Shown: positions 36,806 through 46,569, counted from the first letter of the stretch. The stretch: DNA of 64,000 bases from Bacteroidales bacterium (GCA_019038645.1 JAHOYT010000002.1:34679-98678), one strand, 5' to 3'. Made by a program: numbers and translations. Notes: generated from the sequence alone by a model not told the origin.

Positions 36806-39448
36806 GTGATTAAAAAGTGGCGTAGTTATTTGTTTCATCCTTTAATTCTGGGAATTATTTTAAGCGTTGTTGCAATTTTTATATTTGCAGCATACCTGCC
36901 AAAATATTATACAGAAATTATTGAGGAGTCTATGCTATTTAATAACGGAGAAATATATTTCTATGATCTCGATAATGATGGTAACAGCGAAAAAATCAAT
37001 TATTGTCACTACGATAAAATATTTCAGCCCACTTTATACTTGTATGATTCAGAAGATAATTTTAAAGCACTTTGGAATTTTTTCGAATCTCCGGTAAAGA
37101 ATAGCAGGATATATTCAGGCGATTACAATAACGATAGTATTAAAGAAATATTTGTTTTTACAGAAAAAGACGATTCAGTTTTTTTATATATACTTAATCC
37201 CGAAAATGATGCTGAGAATGTAATTCAAAGAGAGTATATAACAAGTATCACCGGAAATAAAGATATTTACAAAATATTATCAATAGGATTATTTGAGAGT
37301 AAACAAAAAAATGAAAAAGATTTTTTCTTTTCTATTGATGCAGGTTATCCGGACAATCCGGTTAAACTGTATTCGTTTAATATTTCCGGTAAATCTCTGA
37401 AATCTTCACCAAACATTAATGCAAAAATTAAAGCTCCTGTAATTGTTGACGATATTAATAATGATGGAATTGCCGAAGTGTTAATCTCAAATGAATCTGT
37501 AAATGTGCCGGGAAACGGCAGCACCGCTCAACTAATAGTGTTGGATAATAACCTTAATTATCTTTTTAATCCGGTTGGTTTTCAGGGTACAAGGTCAGAA
37601 TTAACAACTGATATTGTTAAAATAAACAATAAAAATTTTATTGCCGTATTAAATAGCGGGACCACAACCGAAAATACTTTTAATAATCTGATGTTGTACG
37701 ATATTTCCGGAAAAAGAATTCAGGAAAAAATAATTTCAGGAAAATCAAACCTGGAAATAATAGATAACTTAACTTATCATGATAATTTATTCTTATTTTC
37801 TGGCAAAAAGATTATCAGATATAATTCAGATTTTAAAAAAATAAAAAGCTTTTTAATTAGCAGAAAGGCAAAAGTTCAGTTTATTGGATCAGTAGATATT
37901 TCCAGCGATGGAAGACCTGAATTAATATTTAAAAATAACAATGAGTTAATTCTGGTAAATGAAAATTTACGGTTTAGTTCTAAATTAAATATTTCAGGCG
38001 AAGGTACATTGAACATTAGTATTTCTGAAAGTACCGAAAGGCATAATCAATTATCTGTTCAGCTTGGTGATAAATGGTATTTGATTGATTATTACAGGAA
38101 TGATGCTTTTTTTTATAATCAGATTCTTTATATTTCAATATTTGTAATTATTACATTCCTTACTTTTATTGTTTTTTCAATAGTAAATAGAAGAACGTTA
38201 ATTAGCGGAAAAATAAAAGATAAAAAATACAAAGAAATAGAAGAAAATATTGAAGACAAATTATTTGGATTAAAATCAAGACTGAGCGAAATAAAGAATG
38301 AATTCAAGGAATATTCTTATAACAAAGTTATTGATGAAATTGAAGATACTTTCGAAGAAGTAAAAACGATAACGAAAGAAATAAGAGGTAGTGCAGATCA
38401 CAAAGTTGATTTTAATAAAAGTCTTTCGGCATTAAGTAAAAGAAATGAAGACAGAGTAAATTTAAGTTACTCATTATTCCCTGAACAAGATTGGGGAAAA
38501 ACTGCTCCGGTAATAGAATTTAGTATTATTGAATTTTGCGATGGGTTATTCAGCAAACTTGATAAATCCACAGGCAGGATTAATATAAGTATTCAACTTA
38601 TTAACCACAGCGAATATATTAATGTATTAATTGAAGCTGAAGATTTTTATATAGAAAATAAGTCGTTGAGAGATAACAAGGATTTAATTAATATTTTAAA
38701 AGGTGTTAACGGTAAATATGACCTGGATACATTTTCCGGGTTTGGAACAGTATTTAATGTTGCTATTCCTCTTAAATTTAATAAAACTACTGAAAACAAT
38801 AAAGTTCAGGGGAAAATCAGGGTTATTCTTGCTGAAGATCATGAGGTATCACTTTTTGGTTTAATTTCATTATTTAAAACTAAAAACGATATTGAGATAA
38901 TTGGTACAGCTAAAAACGGAATGGAAGTACTCAAGATTCTTGAAACTAAAAAAACAGATATTGTTATAACCGATATTTCAATGCCGGGAATGGATGGTAT
39001 TGAATTATCCGAAAAACTGCAAAGCGACTTTCCTGATGTTAAGGTAATAGTATTTACAATGTATATGGAGAATTGGTTCGTTGAGCAACTGTTAAATTTT
39101 GGTGCAAAAGGTTTTGTGTCAAAAACCTCAAAAATTATTGAATTGCATGGTGCTGTTAAAAACGTCTATGCAGGGAATAACTATTATTGTCCACAATTTA
39201 AATCAAAATTCGGATTTAAGAATAAGAGTAATGGAAACGGAAATGGAAATCGACTTGACTCCTTAACAAAAGCAGAATTACTTATCATTAAATTTTACGC
39301 CGAAAATTTGACTAAAAATCAGATTGCTGAGAAAATGGACCTTAGTATGGAGATAACCGAATCGTTCATTGCTAATATATTATTAAAACTAAATGCCGGT
39401 GATGAAGAAGAAATTATCCGGATAGCCAGGAAACAAAAATTTATCTAA
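36806..39448 (+). CDS. Hybrid one-polypeptide regulator: FG-GAP/VCBS-like extracytoplasmic domain, TM helix, degenerate HK-like module, REC, LuxR-type HTH
   Basis: Two TM helices (~36836-36900 and ~38121-38190) flank a region with DxDxDG-type motifs (DLDNDGNSE, VDDINNDGIAE, DISSDGRPE). REC from 38819 (ILAEDH, ITDISMPGMDG, FTMY, KGFVSK). C-terminal LuxR HTH (LTKAELLIIKFYAENLTKNQIAEKM). GTG start. Confidence 0.7.
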   Translation: MIKKWRSYLFHPLILGIILSVVAIFIFAAYLPKYYTEIIEESMLFNNGEIYFYDLDNDGNSEKINYCHYDKIFQPTLYLYDSEDNFKALWNFFESPVKNSRIYSGDYNNDSIKEIFVFTEKDDSVFLYILNPENDAENVIQREYITSITGNKDIYKILSIGLFESKQKNEKDFFFSIDAGYPDNPVKLYSFNISGKSLKSSPNINAKIKAPVIVDDINNDGIAEVLISNESVNVPGNGSTAQLIVLDNNLNYLFNPVGFQGTRSELTTDIVKINNKNFIAVLNSGTTTENTFNNLMLYDISGKRIQEKIISGKSNLEIIDNLTYHDNLFLFSGKKIIRYNSDFKKIKSFLISRKAKVQFIGSVDISSDGRPELIFKNNNELILVNENLRFSSKLNISGEGTLNISISESTERHNQLSVQLGDKWYLIDYYRNDAFFYNQILYISIFVIITFLTFIVFSIVNRRTLISGKIKDKKYKEIEENIEDKLFGLKSRLSEIKNEFKEYSYNKVIDEIEDTFEEVKTITKEIRGSADHKVDFNKSLSALSKRNEDRVNLSYSLFPEQDWGKTAPVIEFSIIEFCDGLFSKLDKSTGRINISIQLINHSEYINVLIEAEDFYIENKSLRDNKDLINILKGVNGKYDLDTFSGFGTVFNVAIPLKFNKTTENNKVQGKIRVILAEDHEVSLFGLISLFKTKNDIEIIGTAKNGMEVLKILETKKTDIVITDISMPGMDGIELSEKLQSDFPDVKVIVFTMYMENWFVEQLLNFGAKGFVSKTSKIIELHGAVKNVYAGNNYYCPQFKSKFGFKNKSNGNGNGNRLDSLTKAELLIIKFYAENLTKNQIAEKMDLSMEITESFIANILLKLNAGDEEEIIRIARKQKFI

Positions 39449-39489
39449 GATTAAATATTTAGAATTCAACTTTTTTCCCAGGATTGACC

Positions 39490-39497
39490 TAAATTTG
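39490..39497 (+). promoter_or_regulatory. Candidate -7 box TAAATTTG upstream of the 39514 operon
   Basis: Matches TAnnTTTG, 17 nt before the ATG. No clear -33 element. Confidence 0.3.
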
Positions 39498-39513
39498 TAC
39501 TCAAATTGCGTAT

Positions 39514-39828
39514 ATGTTTATGGAAAAATCAGAAGAGGTTAAAAAACTGATTAGTAGCAAAGAATATGAGCAGGCTGTTGCTAAGCTTAATAATTTGCTG
39601 AAGGAAAACCCGAATGAAGGTAGTTGGTTAATTTTAAGGGGAAATGTATTCTATTTACAACAGAAATTTGCAAAAGCGTTAAACGATTATAGAAAGGCAA
39701 TAAAATCATCCCCGGAAAACAAAATCCTTGCTTCAAAAATTGAAATGATAAAAGAAATTCTTAAATTTCAGGCATGGGACATTTACGCATCAACAAATCT
39801 AAATAGTGATCCCTGGTTAGAAGATTAA
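39514..39828 (+). CDS. Small TPR-like protein
   Basis: TPR-like pattern (YEQAVAKLNNLLKENPNEG...FAKALNDYRKAIKSSPEN). Confidence 0.5.
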   Translation: MFMEKSEEVKKLISSKEYEQAVAKLNNLLKENPNEGSWLILRGNVFYLQQKFAKALNDYRKAIKSSPENKILASKIEMIKEILKFQAWDIYASTNLNSDPWLED

Positions 39829-39832
39829 AACT

Positions 39833-40330
39833 ATGCAATTAAACTACAATTCATCTCAAAGTGATCACAGTTATTCGGGCCGTTTATTTCTTTTTGCAAA
39901 AAGAAATCTTTGGCTTTTTGTACTTGATTTGGTAATTATTCTATTTTTAATCCTTCCGCCATATTCATGGGATGAAGCTCAGATAATAATTGGATTACTT
40001 ATAATATTTTTAATTCGCGATGTTTTTATCATAAAATTAAGCATCAGGCATCTTGGCAAATTTAAAGCAAAAGGCAACGATATAACTATTGGAATCTTAA
40101 AAGGAAGTAAGATAAGCAAGGAAATTAAGGAATGGCTCCCCGATATTGATCTGGAAATAAGAAACTCATTTGGATTTCCGGTAATGTGTATTTATAAAGA
40201 AAATGAAACTATATTTAAACAATACCCATTTGGTGACTGGAGCGGAAAAAAAATGAAAGAATTTGTAGATTCCTTTTACGACTATAAAAAGGAGCAAAAT
40301 CTTTGGAAAATGTATAAAGGAGAAGAGTAA
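39833..40330 (+). CDS. Hypothetical membrane protein (2 TM helices plus a cytoplasmic domain)
   Basis: ORF with two hydrophobic helices, 4 nt after the previous gene. No recognisable motif. Confidence 0.4.
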   Translation: MQLNYNSSQSDHSYSGRLFLFAKRNLWLFVLDLVIILFLILPPYSWDEAQIIIGLLIIFLIRDVFIIKLSIRHLGKFKAKGNDITIGILKGSKISKEIKEWLPDIDLEIRNSFGFPVMCIYKENETIFKQYPFGDWSGKKMKEFVDSFYDYKKEQNLWKMYKGEE

Positions 40331-40342
40331 ACTTATATTTAT

Positions 40343-41077
40343 ATGACATACAATACTCCTTTTCTCGATTCACGAAATTCTATTGATAAAAGCTGGAATG
40401 ATTTTTTAAGTCCTGATATTATTGAAGAAATAAAATCCATTGAAAGTGCAATAGTTAAATCCGGAAAAGATTTTACACCCGATATTCCAAATGTTTTAAG
40501 ATTCTTATGCACACCATTGCAAAGTGTAAAAGTAATTATAATCGGACAGGATCCGTATCCACAAAAGGGAGCAGCAACAGGAAGGGCTTTTGAAGTAGGA
40601 ACACTTAAATCGTGGAACGAAAAATATAGTAATATTTCATTAAAAAATATAATCAGGGCTATTTATTATGCCCATAAAAAGGTTTATCTCAAATACAGCG
40701 AAATAAAACCAAAGTTGGAGGTTGATTTTCAACTAAAGCCTCCATATGAGTTATTTGTAAATTGGGAGCAACAAGGTGTTTTATTATTAAATACTTCGTT
40801 TACCTGCGAAACAGGAAACTCCAACAGTCATGAAAAGCTATGGAAAAATTTTACCATTAAATTGCTGGAATATTTAGCAGGTATAAATTCTGATATAATA
40901 TGGTTTTTGTGGGGGAATAATGCAAAATCTATTGTCAACAACATTGAAATAAAAAATAAGATCGAATCAATGCATCCAATGATGTGTTACAATAAACCCG
41001 GAAGAGATGATGACTTTCTTTTTGGCAAAATAAATCCCTTTTTTGAAACAAAAGATCTTGTTAACTGGTTAGGTTGA
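40343..41077 (+). CDS. Uracil-DNA glycosylase, divergent family-1-like
   Basis: Collinear with UNG: GQDPYP (UNG has GQDPYH), GRAFEV, QGVLLLNTSFT, FLWGNNA and HPMMCY (UNG has HPSPLS). Confidence 0.65.
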   Translation: MTYNTPFLDSRNSIDKSWNDFLSPDIIEEIKSIESAIVKSGKDFTPDIPNVLRFLCTPLQSVKVIIIGQDPYPQKGAATGRAFEVGTLKSWNEKYSNISLKNIIRAIYYAHKKVYLKYSEIKPKLEVDFQLKPPYELFVNWEQQGVLLLNTSFTCETGNSNSHEKLWKNFTIKLLEYLAGINSDIIWFLWGNNAKSIVNNIEIKNKIESMHPMMCYNKPGRDDDFLFGKINPFFETKDLVNWLG

Positions 41078-41902
41078 TCTTTCATTTATGTAGTCTTCAA
41101 TAGATTTATTGTATAAACCTGAAATTTTTTGCAAAACCTGATTTTGAGTGTAAAATTCAAATGAATCAATATTATTTACCGGTAATATTTTTAATGATGT
41201 TCCACTTAAAAATGCCGAGTCCATTTCAGAAATTTCTGAAATGTGAATTTTTTTTTCTTTCAGTTTAATATTTTCAGATTTACATAATCTAATAATATTC
41301 AATCTTGTAATACCTTGTAAAACATCAGATTCTGGTGGGGTTATTAGTTCGTCATCTTTTATGAAAAAGACATTGGACCTACTGCCTTCAGTTATAAAAC
41401 CATCATTATCCTGTAAAATAACTTCAAAAAGTTTTTTCTCTGCTATTGTATCGTTAGCTCTTATTCTGGCTTCGGAATTTAAAATTTTCACTTGAGGATT
41501 AAGTCTTATTGCTTTACAAAACCCTGTCTTAACACCTTTTTTACATTCCTCTGAAGTTGGGAAATAATGTGGCGTAAAATAAATTAATAAATTCTTTTCC
41601 TTGTCACCATTTACAGTGTTAAACTGAACAATTATTTTTATTTTACCCCGAAGGATATTATTCTTTGTTATTAATTCTCCCGTTAAAGTTTCAAAATCAC
41701 AATAACTTTCATTAATAGAAAAATTTGAAATTTCAGATGATTTATACAATCGGTTAAGATGATTTTCAAGAAAAAGCGGAACACCATTCTCTATCCTGAT
41801 TACTTCATAAATAGAGATACCGTTTTTAAGAAACGAATCATCAAAATGATCTGATTTTATAAATTTAAAATTATGCAAATAAAAATTTCCTGAGCATTCC
41901 AT
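41069..41902 (-). CDS. Class IV aminotransferase-fold protein (branched-chain aminotransferase / aminodeoxychorismate lyase-like)
   Basis: Fold-type IV pattern (LENHLNRLYKS, ITEGSRSNVFFIKDDELITPP, VLQGITR). The 3' end overlaps the UDG gene by 9 nt in convergent orientation. Confidence 0.6.
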   Translation of the reverse strand: MECSGNFYLHNFKFIKSDHFDDSFLKNGISIYEVIRIENGVPLFLENHLNRLYKSSEISNFSINESYCDFETLTGELITKNNILRGKIKIIVQFNTVNGDKEKNLLIYFTPHYFPTSEECKKGVKTGFCKAIRLNPQVKILNSEARIRANDTIAEKKLFEVILQDNDGFITEGSRSNVFFIKDDELITPPESDVLQGITRLNIIRLCKSENIKLKEKKIHISEISEMDSAFLSGTSLKILPVNNIDSFEFYTQNQVLQKISGLYNKSIEDYINERST

Positions 41903-42156
41903 AATTTCTCTATTTTATTTTAGTTAAAAGTAATAATTAATGGCACATTTTCGTATTGTATTTAAGTTTTAAAAGCAATTTATCTTTTAAATAAGAGCCG
42001 AATGTCCGATATAGAACATAAAATGTACAGATACGTGCAGCATTCAGGGTTGTATTAATTTTAGAAACCTGTAATAACTAATGGAAAATCAGACAGATAA
42101 GCGTTTTGGTATAAAACTTGAAAGTTTGTTAAAGTACTCATAAATCGAATTTAGGA

Positions 42157-42837
42157 ATGATAGAACTTAAGGGATTGCATAAATCTTATATAACTGGTAA
42201 TAATAAATTACACGTACTAAAAGGCCTTGATCTTATTATTGAGCAGGGAGAACTGGTTTCCGTTATGGGATCATCCGGCTCGGGAAAATCAACCTTATTG
42301 AATGTGTTAGGTATTCTTGATTCATACGATAATGGGTCTTATAAACTGAATAATACCTTAATGAGTAATCTTACAGAAAAAAAGGCAGCTCATTTCAGGA
42401 ATAATATGATTGGTTTTGTTTTTCAGTCGTTTAATCTTATTTCTTTTAAAAATGCAATGGAAAATGTAGCTCTTCCATTGTATTATCAAAGAGTCGGACG
42501 AAAAACAAGAAATAAAATAGCAATGGAGTATCTCGATAAAATGGGTATTAAGGATTGGGCTGAACATATGCCTAACGAATTATCAGGAGGCCAGAAACAA
42601 CGTGTAGCAATTGCAAGAGCAATGATTAGTAAACCGAAAGTTATTTTGGCAGATGAACCCACAGGAGCTCTTGACTCTACAACATCACTTGAAGTAATGG
42701 ATTTATTTCGTGAGATTAATAAATCAGGTATAACAATGATTATTGTTACGCATGAAAGGGATATTTCTGAAAAAACGAACAGAATTATACAATTAAAAGA
42801 TGGTATTATAGAATCTGATCTTATCTCAAAAAATTAG
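42157..42837 (+). CDS. ABC transporter ATP-binding protein (MacB/LolD type)
   Basis: Walker A GSSGSGKST, signature LSGGQKQR, Walker B ILADEPTGALD. Confidence 0.85.
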   Translation: MIELKGLHKSYITGNNKLHVLKGLDLIIEQGELVSVMGSSGSGKSTLLNVLGILDSYDNGSYKLNNTLMSNLTEKKAAHFRNNMIGFVFQSFNLISFKNAMENVALPLYYQRVGRKTRNKIAMEYLDKMGIKDWAEHMPNELSGGQKQRVAIARAMISKPKVILADEPTGALDSTTSLEVMDLFREINKSGITMIIVTHERDISEKTNRIIQLKDGIIESDLISKN

Positions 42838-42840
42838 CAC

Positions 42841-44082
42841 ATGTTCGATCTTGATAAATGGCAAGAAATATTCTCAACAATAAAAAAGAACAGGCTTCGG
42901 ACTTTTCTTACAGGATTTAGTGTAGCCTGGGGAATTTTTATGCTTATTATTTTATTAGGATCCGGACGAGGACTTGAAAATGGAGTACGAAATCAGTTCA
43001 AAGGCTCGGTGAATAATGGAATATGGATAAGTTCGGGAAGAACTACAATGGCTTACCAGGGATTCAAACCTGGTAGAGACATTAAATTTACAAATGAAGA
43101 TTACGAAAGAGTTAAAGAAACAATAGACGGTATTGATGTAATATCAGCCCGATCAATGATAAATATTAATAACACAATTTCATACAAAAACGAATATGGT
43201 AATTTTACTATTAGTCCTTGTCATCCTGGTTACGCGATTATTAAAGATGTAAAAATTGAAGAAGGTCGTTTTTTAAACGATATAGATCTTCAGAAATACA
43301 GGAAAGTAGTTGCAATAAGCACAATTGTGCGGGATGCTCTGTTTAAAAACGGAGATAAAAAGAAAGCCGTTGGTAAATATATTAAAATCAGCGGAGTACC
43401 CTTTAAAGTCGTTGGAGTTTTTTCCGACGAAGGCCTTGAAGATGAACAACGAAGAGTCTATATACCTATTTATACAGCTCAACGGGTATTTTTTGGTAGT
43501 AATGAGATTGATCAGGTTTCATTAACAACCGGTGATAAAACAATCGATGAAGTAGATGCAATGGTAGAACAAATCAGAAAGCAATTTTCTGCTATACATA
43601 AATTTGATGTCGAAGACCATCGGGCAATTAGTATCTGGAATAAAGCACAGGACTTTAAAAGAACTATGGATCTGTTTGCCGGCATAAGATTGTTTGTCTG
43701 GATTGTAGGAATAGGAACAATAATAGCCGGAATTGTTGGAGTTAGCAACATAATGATTATTGTAGTAAAGGAAAGAACCAAAGAAATTGGAATAAGAAAA
43801 GCCATTGGAGCAACTCCTTATTCAATAGTAAGTACAATTATTGCTGAATCAATATTGATTACAGCATTTGCAGGTTACGTTGGTTTGATTTTGGGTATCG
43901 GGTTGCTTGAATTAATTTCAAAGGCATTACCTCCAATTGAGTTTTTTGTAAACCCGGAAGCAGATTTAAGGGTAGCTGTGAGCGCAACTATTCTGTTAGT
44001 TGTTTCCGGAACTCTGGCGGGTTTATTCCCGGCTTTAAAAGCTGCAGGAATCAGACCTATAGAAGCATTACGTGATGAATAG
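42841..44082 (+). CDS. ABC transporter permease (MacB_PCD plus FtsX domain), paralog 1
   Basis: N-terminal TM helix, periplasmic domain and C-terminal FtsX pattern (VVKERTKEIGIRKAIGA). Confidence 0.8.
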   Translation: MFDLDKWQEIFSTIKKNRLRTFLTGFSVAWGIFMLIILLGSGRGLENGVRNQFKGSVNNGIWISSGRTTMAYQGFKPGRDIKFTNEDYERVKETIDGIDVISARSMININNTISYKNEYGNFTISPCHPGYAIIKDVKIEEGRFLNDIDLQKYRKVVAISTIVRDALFKNGDKKKAVGKYIKISGVPFKVVGVFSDEGLEDEQRRVYIPIYTAQRVFFGSNEIDQVSLTTGDKTIDEVDAMVEQIRKQFSAIHKFDVEDHRAISIWNKAQDFKRTMDLFAGIRLFVWIVGIGTIIAGIVGVSNIMIIVVKERTKEIGIRKAIGATPYSIVSTIIAESILITAFAGYVGLILGIGLLELISKALPPIEFFVNPEADLRVAVSATILLVVSGTLAGLFPALKAAGIRPIEALRDE

Positions 44083-44105
44083 TAAAAATAAAAATATCCG
44101 TAGAT

Positions 44106-45368
44106 ATGTTCGATACAGATAAATGGCAGGAAATATATTATTCTTTAAAACAGAATAAATTACGTAGTTTTTTGACTGCATTTGGTGTATTCTGGGGAAT
44201 ATTTATGTTAATTGTAATGCTTGGTTCCGGAAACGGGCTTCAGAATGGAGTAACTCAGGGTTTTGGAGATTTTGCCACAAATAGTGTATTTATCTGGACA
44301 CAACGAACAACAGTTGAATATAAGGGTTTTCCTAAAGGTCGATTTTTCAATTATAATAATGCTGATATAACAGCAATACAAAAGAATATAAAAAATATCA
44401 GGTACCTGGCACCAAGATTAAGAGCGGGCGGCTTTGGTGGAGGTGATAATGTAATTCGTGGATTAAATTCCGGTGCATTTCAGATTTCAGGTGATTATCC
44501 TGCTATGAATTTAATCGACCCTATTAATATTGATAAAGGAAGATTTATTAATGATATTGATATTGAGCAAAAAAGAAAGATTGTAATTATTGGAACAAGA
44601 GTACAAGAAGCTTTATTTGAGCCAGATGAAGATCCAATGGGTGAATATATTCGTATACAGGGAGTTTATTTTAAAGTTGCGGGTATTTTTTCTTCAAAAA
44701 AATCCGGCGAACAAGGTGATAGAGAGAATCAAGGAATATATATGCCTTTTACAACTTTACAAAAGACATATAATTACGGCGATATTGTAGGATTTTTTGC
44801 TATAACAGCTTATGATAATGTATCTGTATCAAAGGTTGAAGAAGAAACAATTAAATTGTTAAAGCAAAGACATCTTATTGCTCCTGAGGATGATCAGGCA
44901 ATTGGTCATTTTAATGTTGAAAAAGAATTTAAACAGATGAAAGGTGTTTTTTTGGGTATTGATGGACTAATTTGGTTAGTTGGCATTGGAACCCTTTTAG
45001 CCGGAGTTATTGGTGTAAGTAATATTATGCTTGTTATTGTTAAAGAAAGAACAAAAGAAATAGGTATTCAAAGGGCAATAGGAGCAACACCGGTTAAAAT
45101 AATGAGTCAGATTATTACCGAATCAATTTTTATTACAGCTTTTGCAGGATATATTGGACTTGTAATTGGTACAGGATTGATTGAGTTAGTGAGCTTTGCT
45201 TTAATTAAATTTGAAGTAGATTCAAATATGTTCAGGAATCCGGAAGTCGATTTTCAGGTTGCTGTTACAGCGTTATTAATTTTAGTTATCTCCGGTGCAT
45301 TTGCTGGCTTTATACCTGCAAAAAGAGCTGTTAGTATAAAACCCATCGATGCTTTAAGAAGTGAATAA
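44106..45368 (+). CDS. ABC transporter permease (MacB_PCD plus FtsX domain), paralog 2
   Basis: Same architecture as the preceding gene (MFDTDKWQEI..., VKERTKEIGIQRAIGA). Confidence 0.8.
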   Translation: MFDTDKWQEIYYSLKQNKLRSFLTAFGVFWGIFMLIVMLGSGNGLQNGVTQGFGDFATNSVFIWTQRTTVEYKGFPKGRFFNYNNADITAIQKNIKNIRYLAPRLRAGGFGGGDNVIRGLNSGAFQISGDYPAMNLIDPINIDKGRFINDIDIEQKRKIVIIGTRVQEALFEPDEDPMGEYIRIQGVYFKVAGIFSSKKSGEQGDRENQGIYMPFTTLQKTYNYGDIVGFFAITAYDNVSVSKVEEETIKLLKQRHLIAPEDDQAIGHFNVEKEFKQMKGVFLGIDGLIWLVGIGTLLAGVIGVSNIMLVIVKERTKEIGIQRAIGATPVKIMSQIITESIFITAFAGYIGLVIGTGLIELVSFALIKFEVDSNMFRNPEVDFQVAVTALLILVISGAFAGFIPAKRAVSIKPIDALRSE

Positions 45369-45386
45369 TATATAAATAATAATAAA

Positions 45387-46466
45387 ATGAAAAAAGTATT
45401 AAGAATTACTCTGTTAATTGTCATTATTGGAATTTTTGGCTGGACAATTTACTTTTTATATCAGAAGTCAAAACCCGAACCGGTTGTTTATGAGACCAAA
45501 ACTCCACAAATTGCAAATATAATTAAGAAAACTGTTGCAACCGGATCAGTTGTTCCAAGGAAAGAAATTGAAATAAAACCACAGGTTTCCGGTATTATTG
45601 AAGCGGTTTATATAGAACCCGGAACAGTTGTTAAAAATGGTGATTTAATAGCAAAAATCAGGATTATTCCGAATATGATCAATTTAAACAACGCAGAAGC
45701 CAGACTTGATCAGGCTAAAATTGATTGTGAAGATGCAGGACTAGTATATGATCGCCAAAAAAAGATATTTGATGAAGGTGTAATTCCTGCTGCAGAGTTT
45801 CAGCAATATAAAATTTCTCTTAACAGAGCAAAATCTGAATTGAATGCTGCAGAAAATAATTTACAGTTAATCAGAGAGGGTGTTACAAAGGATTCGGAAA
45901 ATACCACAAATACACTTATACGTTCAACTATTGAAGGAATGGTTCTTGATGTTCCTGTTGAAGAAGGTAACTCAGTTATTGAAAGTAATACTTTTAACGC
46001 GGGAACAACAATTGCTATTGTTGCTGATATGGGCGAAATGGTATTTGAAGGCAAAGTAGACGAGACTGAAGTTGGCAAAATTAAAACAGGTATGAAATTG
46101 TTACTTACAATCGGAGCTATTGAAGAAACAAAATTCAATGCTTATCTTGAATATATATCACCTAAAGGAATTGAAGAAAGCGGGGCAATACAATTTGAGA
46201 TAAAGGCTGCAGTTGAACTTAAGCAAGACTATTTTGTAAGAGCAGGATATAGTGCAAATGCCGATATAGTTTTGGCTCGTAAAGATAGTGTATTGGCCAT
46301 TGAAGAAAGTTTATTGCTTTTTGAAAATGATTCAGTATTTGTTGAAATCGAAACATCAGCACAGTTATATGAGAAAAAACTTATTGAAGTTGGTCTGTCT
46401 GATGGTATTTTAATTGAAATAATTTCAGGGGTATCACAGGATGAAAAAATAAAAGTACCATTATAG
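45387..46466 (+). CDS. Efflux transporter periplasmic adaptor subunit (HlyD/MacA family)
   Basis: Signal anchor, biotinyl-lipoyl-like hairpin (GDLIAKI), a coiled-coil segment and a beta-barrel domain. Last gene of the ABC efflux operon. Confidence 0.75.
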   Translation: MKKVLRITLLIVIIGIFGWTIYFLYQKSKPEPVVYETKTPQIANIIKKTVATGSVVPRKEIEIKPQVSGIIEAVYIEPGTVVKNGDLIAKIRIIPNMINLNNAEARLDQAKIDCEDAGLVYDRQKKIFDEGVIPAAEFQQYKISLNRAKSELNAAENNLQLIREGVTKDSENTTNTLIRSTIEGMVLDVPVEEGNSVIESNTFNAGTTIAIVADMGEMVFEGKVDETEVGKIKTGMKLLLTIGAIEETKFNAYLEYISPKGIEESGAIQFEIKAAVELKQDYFVRAGYSANADIVLARKDSVLAIEESLLLFENDSVFVEIETSAQLYEKKLIEVGLSDGILIEIISGVSQDEKIKVPL

Positions 46467-46497
46467 GATTTAGATTATAATTTTATTGTTAGATGTG

Positions 46498-46523
46498 CCC
46501 GGAATTTATGTTCCGGGTTTTTT
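46498..46523 (+). terminator. Intrinsic terminator after the efflux operon
   Basis: CCCGGAA-TTTATG-TTCCGGG followed by TTTTTT. Confidence 0.6.
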
Positions 46524-46569
46524 AAACCCTTTTTCGGAAAATATATCCAATCAAAGCAAATTAATGAAT

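Noticed and set aside
39227-39250. A hexanucleotide-like repeat (AGT AAT GGA AAC GGA AAT GGA AAT) encoding SNGNGNGN in the hybrid regulator.
   Set aside because: It is too short and imperfect for a convincing slipped-strand phase-variation tract, and it is in frame. It most likely encodes a flexible interdomain linker.
41069-41077. A 9-nt convergent overlap between the 3' ends of the UDG-like gene and the class IV aminotransferase gene.
   Set aside because: Short convergent overlaps are common in compact genomes. No hairpin or other signal is present to suggest function.
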